A stretch of DNA of 64,000 nt from Octopus bimaculoides (Eukaryota), in the NCBI RefSeq assembly GCF_001194135.2, contig NC_068983.1, positions 64,020,404 through 64,084,403 of the forward strand. Direction: 5' to 3'. A program made the translations under genes and the position numbers. Below, piece after piece: positions 60,895 to 64,000 of the stretch (position 1 is the first letter of the stretch; every line of letters starts with the position of its first letter). The notes under the pieces are model-generated. The model had not been told where the DNA came from. It was given only the letters and a program-made list of their open reading frames with translations, and made no database searches.

Positions 60895-62788
60895 GTATGT
60901 TATATACAGATACATCTCTACTGAAATTTGGTTTAAGTTAATATCTGCCAACTAACATTATTTAGGTAACGATGCTTTTAGAGACACAAGATTGAATTTC
61001 ACCCATGAAAAATAGATAATGCCAAAACCATACACACATCTCACTGTCTGTCCCTCTGTCTCTCTCTCATTCCCTGTTTATTTTTCTCTCTTATTTAATT
61101 CTCCTATGTCTCCATCTAATAAAGGGAACCGTGAGAGTGCTTTTTGTATTATGCAAGGTTTTACGTAGTTTCAGGGAAGTTAATATGACGAATGAAACTA
61201 AAATTATCTACACGGTTATTGCGGCTTAATTTGCTATAAACAACGTATAATTAAAGACGCATTAAATACTTACTTTTAATATGGATGCATTACCATGTAT
61301 AGCTTTAGGATGAATATCTTTCACGAACCAGAATACTATAGAAAATTGGAATATTAGTAGTATAGAATTTATTTAGATATGTTGCGTTTGTGTAAGACAT
61401 CGGGAGCCTTATAAAGTTGTCAGTTACTTCAGCAAACTTTTGTAACATACAATTCTACAAACATCACATTCCATCTTTAGAAATTTTACCGGGAGTAAAT
61501 GGCTAATAACGTAGATAAGGTTAATGTAACCAATTTTCTGTGTGGATTGCCTGAGAAGATTTATATCAGGATGCAAAACTAGGAACGAAATAATTTAAGT
61601 CTTTAAATGACCTGTTTCCTAAATATCATAAAATAAAAATAGAAGAAAATTTAAATTACAAAAATCTTGTCATTTTCTCTCACATCCCATTATTGATATT
61701 ACCTGATATATATTATCCCGTAGTTCATGATTTTTTTAATATGAATTTATCTGAAAATCTGCTTCAGTTATGGCAGATAATTAACTTATGCGGTTGATAT
61801 TTTGAAAAGATTATCTACATACTACACCAGACTGTAATCATAAAGTGCCCCCATTTGGTTATGTTTTTTTTTTTTATATAGATGTATGTAAATGTATTCC
61901 ATTTCTATGTATATGTTATACGAATGTGCAAGGTAAAATACATAAGATCTTAGAATAAAGAGTTTACTGAATATTTTAGCTAATGCGAGAATACACATAC
62001 AATTTTTGACGTAATGGAGATATTTGTGTGTGTTTATGTGCATGCTGTGTGTATGTGTGCGTCTGTGTCTGTGCATGTGTCCGTGCGTGCGTGCGTTCGA
62101 GCGTGTAAAATATGCAATAGGTAATGCGAGCGTGTAAGTATGCAATAAGTAATGCAGACATTCAGTGCAGAAACTTCTTTCGAATATTGCCGTTTCTACT
62201 ACTTTGATATTTCTACCATTCTAACTTCAGATATGGCTTAGTCACTTTGATGGATATGCATCTTTTTTGCATGTAATAGCGTCATATTAATGCAATTTTA
62301 ACGTTGTCAGGGTGGTTGATCAATATCTACCTATCAGTGTACCTCGTTATCTTTTGCTGGAACTAAAATTTCTTTCTTGCGAAATGCCTGAAAATCTATC
62401 ATTGCAGGTATTTGGTTGCACATTTCTACACTTTGAAAATATGTTATTATATATTAGAGACATTTATGTTCATTGAGAGGAAGTTATGAAAGCATAGTGT
62501 CTAAAGTGGACATGACTTTTTAGCCAGACGCTGCTTTTATCTATTTAAACATGCTGGAAATATTTCATTTGGAATACGTATACAACAAAATGGAAATTTG
62601 ATATCTTCAAACTGTTACTTCTTTTCTGTTATTCCTTTCAAAAGTTGAACTGAGGCCATGCTGAAGCACTGCTTTCAGGTGTGTTAGTTAATTATAACAG
62701 CCTCAGTACCTATTTTATTGATTTCTCATAATCGAATTGTTGGATGTGAAGGGATAAAATATTGAAGCTGATTTCATTTTCCATAAAA

Positions 62789-62920
<132 letters not shown>

Positions 62921-64000
62921 GCACACTGGCACATGTAGACAAACGTAGACCTTTCTCGCGTTTCTGCCAATGAAATTTATCACGTAAAATTTTGATAAAC
63001 CAACGGTTAGAGTAGAAGACAACAGCTTAAAGAGTTGCGCGCACAATTGGCGAAACTGAAAGCATATGGTTGCAAAGCAATTGTTTTTAACAATAGCTGC
63101 ATTTGAAATTCTACTCTATATGCAATTCACGTAAAATGTTATTCGGGGCATTTCTTTTAATGGTCTAAATTCTGTTACTTATCCAGAGTCGTTCCTAGGG
63201 ATATAATTCAGATTTTTATACAACTTCATCTTCTAACAATGTTTCATTTTCTTTTAATGGTTTCTTGTTGGTTTGTTTTAATAATTTGCGTAGATTCTCA
63301 TTGCTTTTCATGCATGTTCTTCACTATTTATCGAGTCCAGCAATAAAACTTTATCACACGCATACCTAGTTTTAAAATATCGTAGTATCAATTCCAAAAG
63401 TATTACAACGATGTACATAAGTGTAAGGTGCTACACTGAATTTCGTCGCGTTAGTCCATAACTTTTATACATGACTTAACAGACCAGAGACGAAATACAG
63501 ACTCTGATGTGGCTTGCACTGAAAAAGAACGTACGAGAAATTACACAAACATGTAGTAATTTAAAATAAAACAAAAATCACTTGTTCATATTTTTCCCTC
63601 ACAGCGTAATCATTTCTAGTTAGCACTAGAAAGTTCTTTTGCTTAAAATATGTTAATAGGAACTGGTAATATTGTGTTTGACGTTGATGGTATCTCTGAT
63701 TTAGTAATTCTTTGATAATTTATATTTTTCAACACTAACCAATTACATAGTAATCTCCTTCATTAGTAAATCGGATTATAATGTAAAAACTGCATTTTGT
63801 GAATATGTTCATTATATGAAAAAAATATTTACGAAGTTTTTCTTGATTCACTAAAATAATGAAAGTACTTGACTAATAATGCTATATTCCTCACTGCCAA
63901 ATAATTTCCCGTTAGACTTTTAATGCTGCTTTTATTATATACTGCAGACGTAAATAGTAGCATAAATAGAAAAAGTAGAATTATATATATATATATATAT

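Overview
This is AT-rich, microsatellite-dense eukaryotic DNA from a gapped assembly (9 N-runs, 8 with a (TA)n-like flank). It is most likely an octopus/cephalopod scaffold, inferred from the tRNA-derived SINE families. No intact protein-coding gene, rRNA, true tRNA or CRISPR array is supportable, and most of the supplied ORFs are microsatellite or N artefacts. The window is a graveyard of mobile elements. These include at least seven restriction-like-endonuclease (RLE) non-LTR retrotransposon pieces (mostly R4/Dong-like, several abutting trinucleotide microsatellites), three Penelope-like elements (PLEs) with GIY-YIG remnants, and a Tx1/L1-like 3' end. There are also two Tc1/mariner remnants, a Helitron Rep remnant and about 13 SINE copies from 3 families. 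The most interesting signal is RNA-level. Three type I hammerhead ribozymes (HHRs) with fully conserved catalytic cores occur in three unrelated repeats (14181-14239 minus, 39153-39200 minus, 52412-52500 plus), along with several decayed or partial ones. Each has a short palindromic or near-palindromic stem III of different sequence, and each module lies in or next to (TA)n tracts. One sits in a ~465-bp tandem repeat (retrozyme-like) and one in the loop of a ~177-bp inverted repeat at the 5' end of an RT-less PLE. All alignments and folds were done by eye; no database search or folding program was run.
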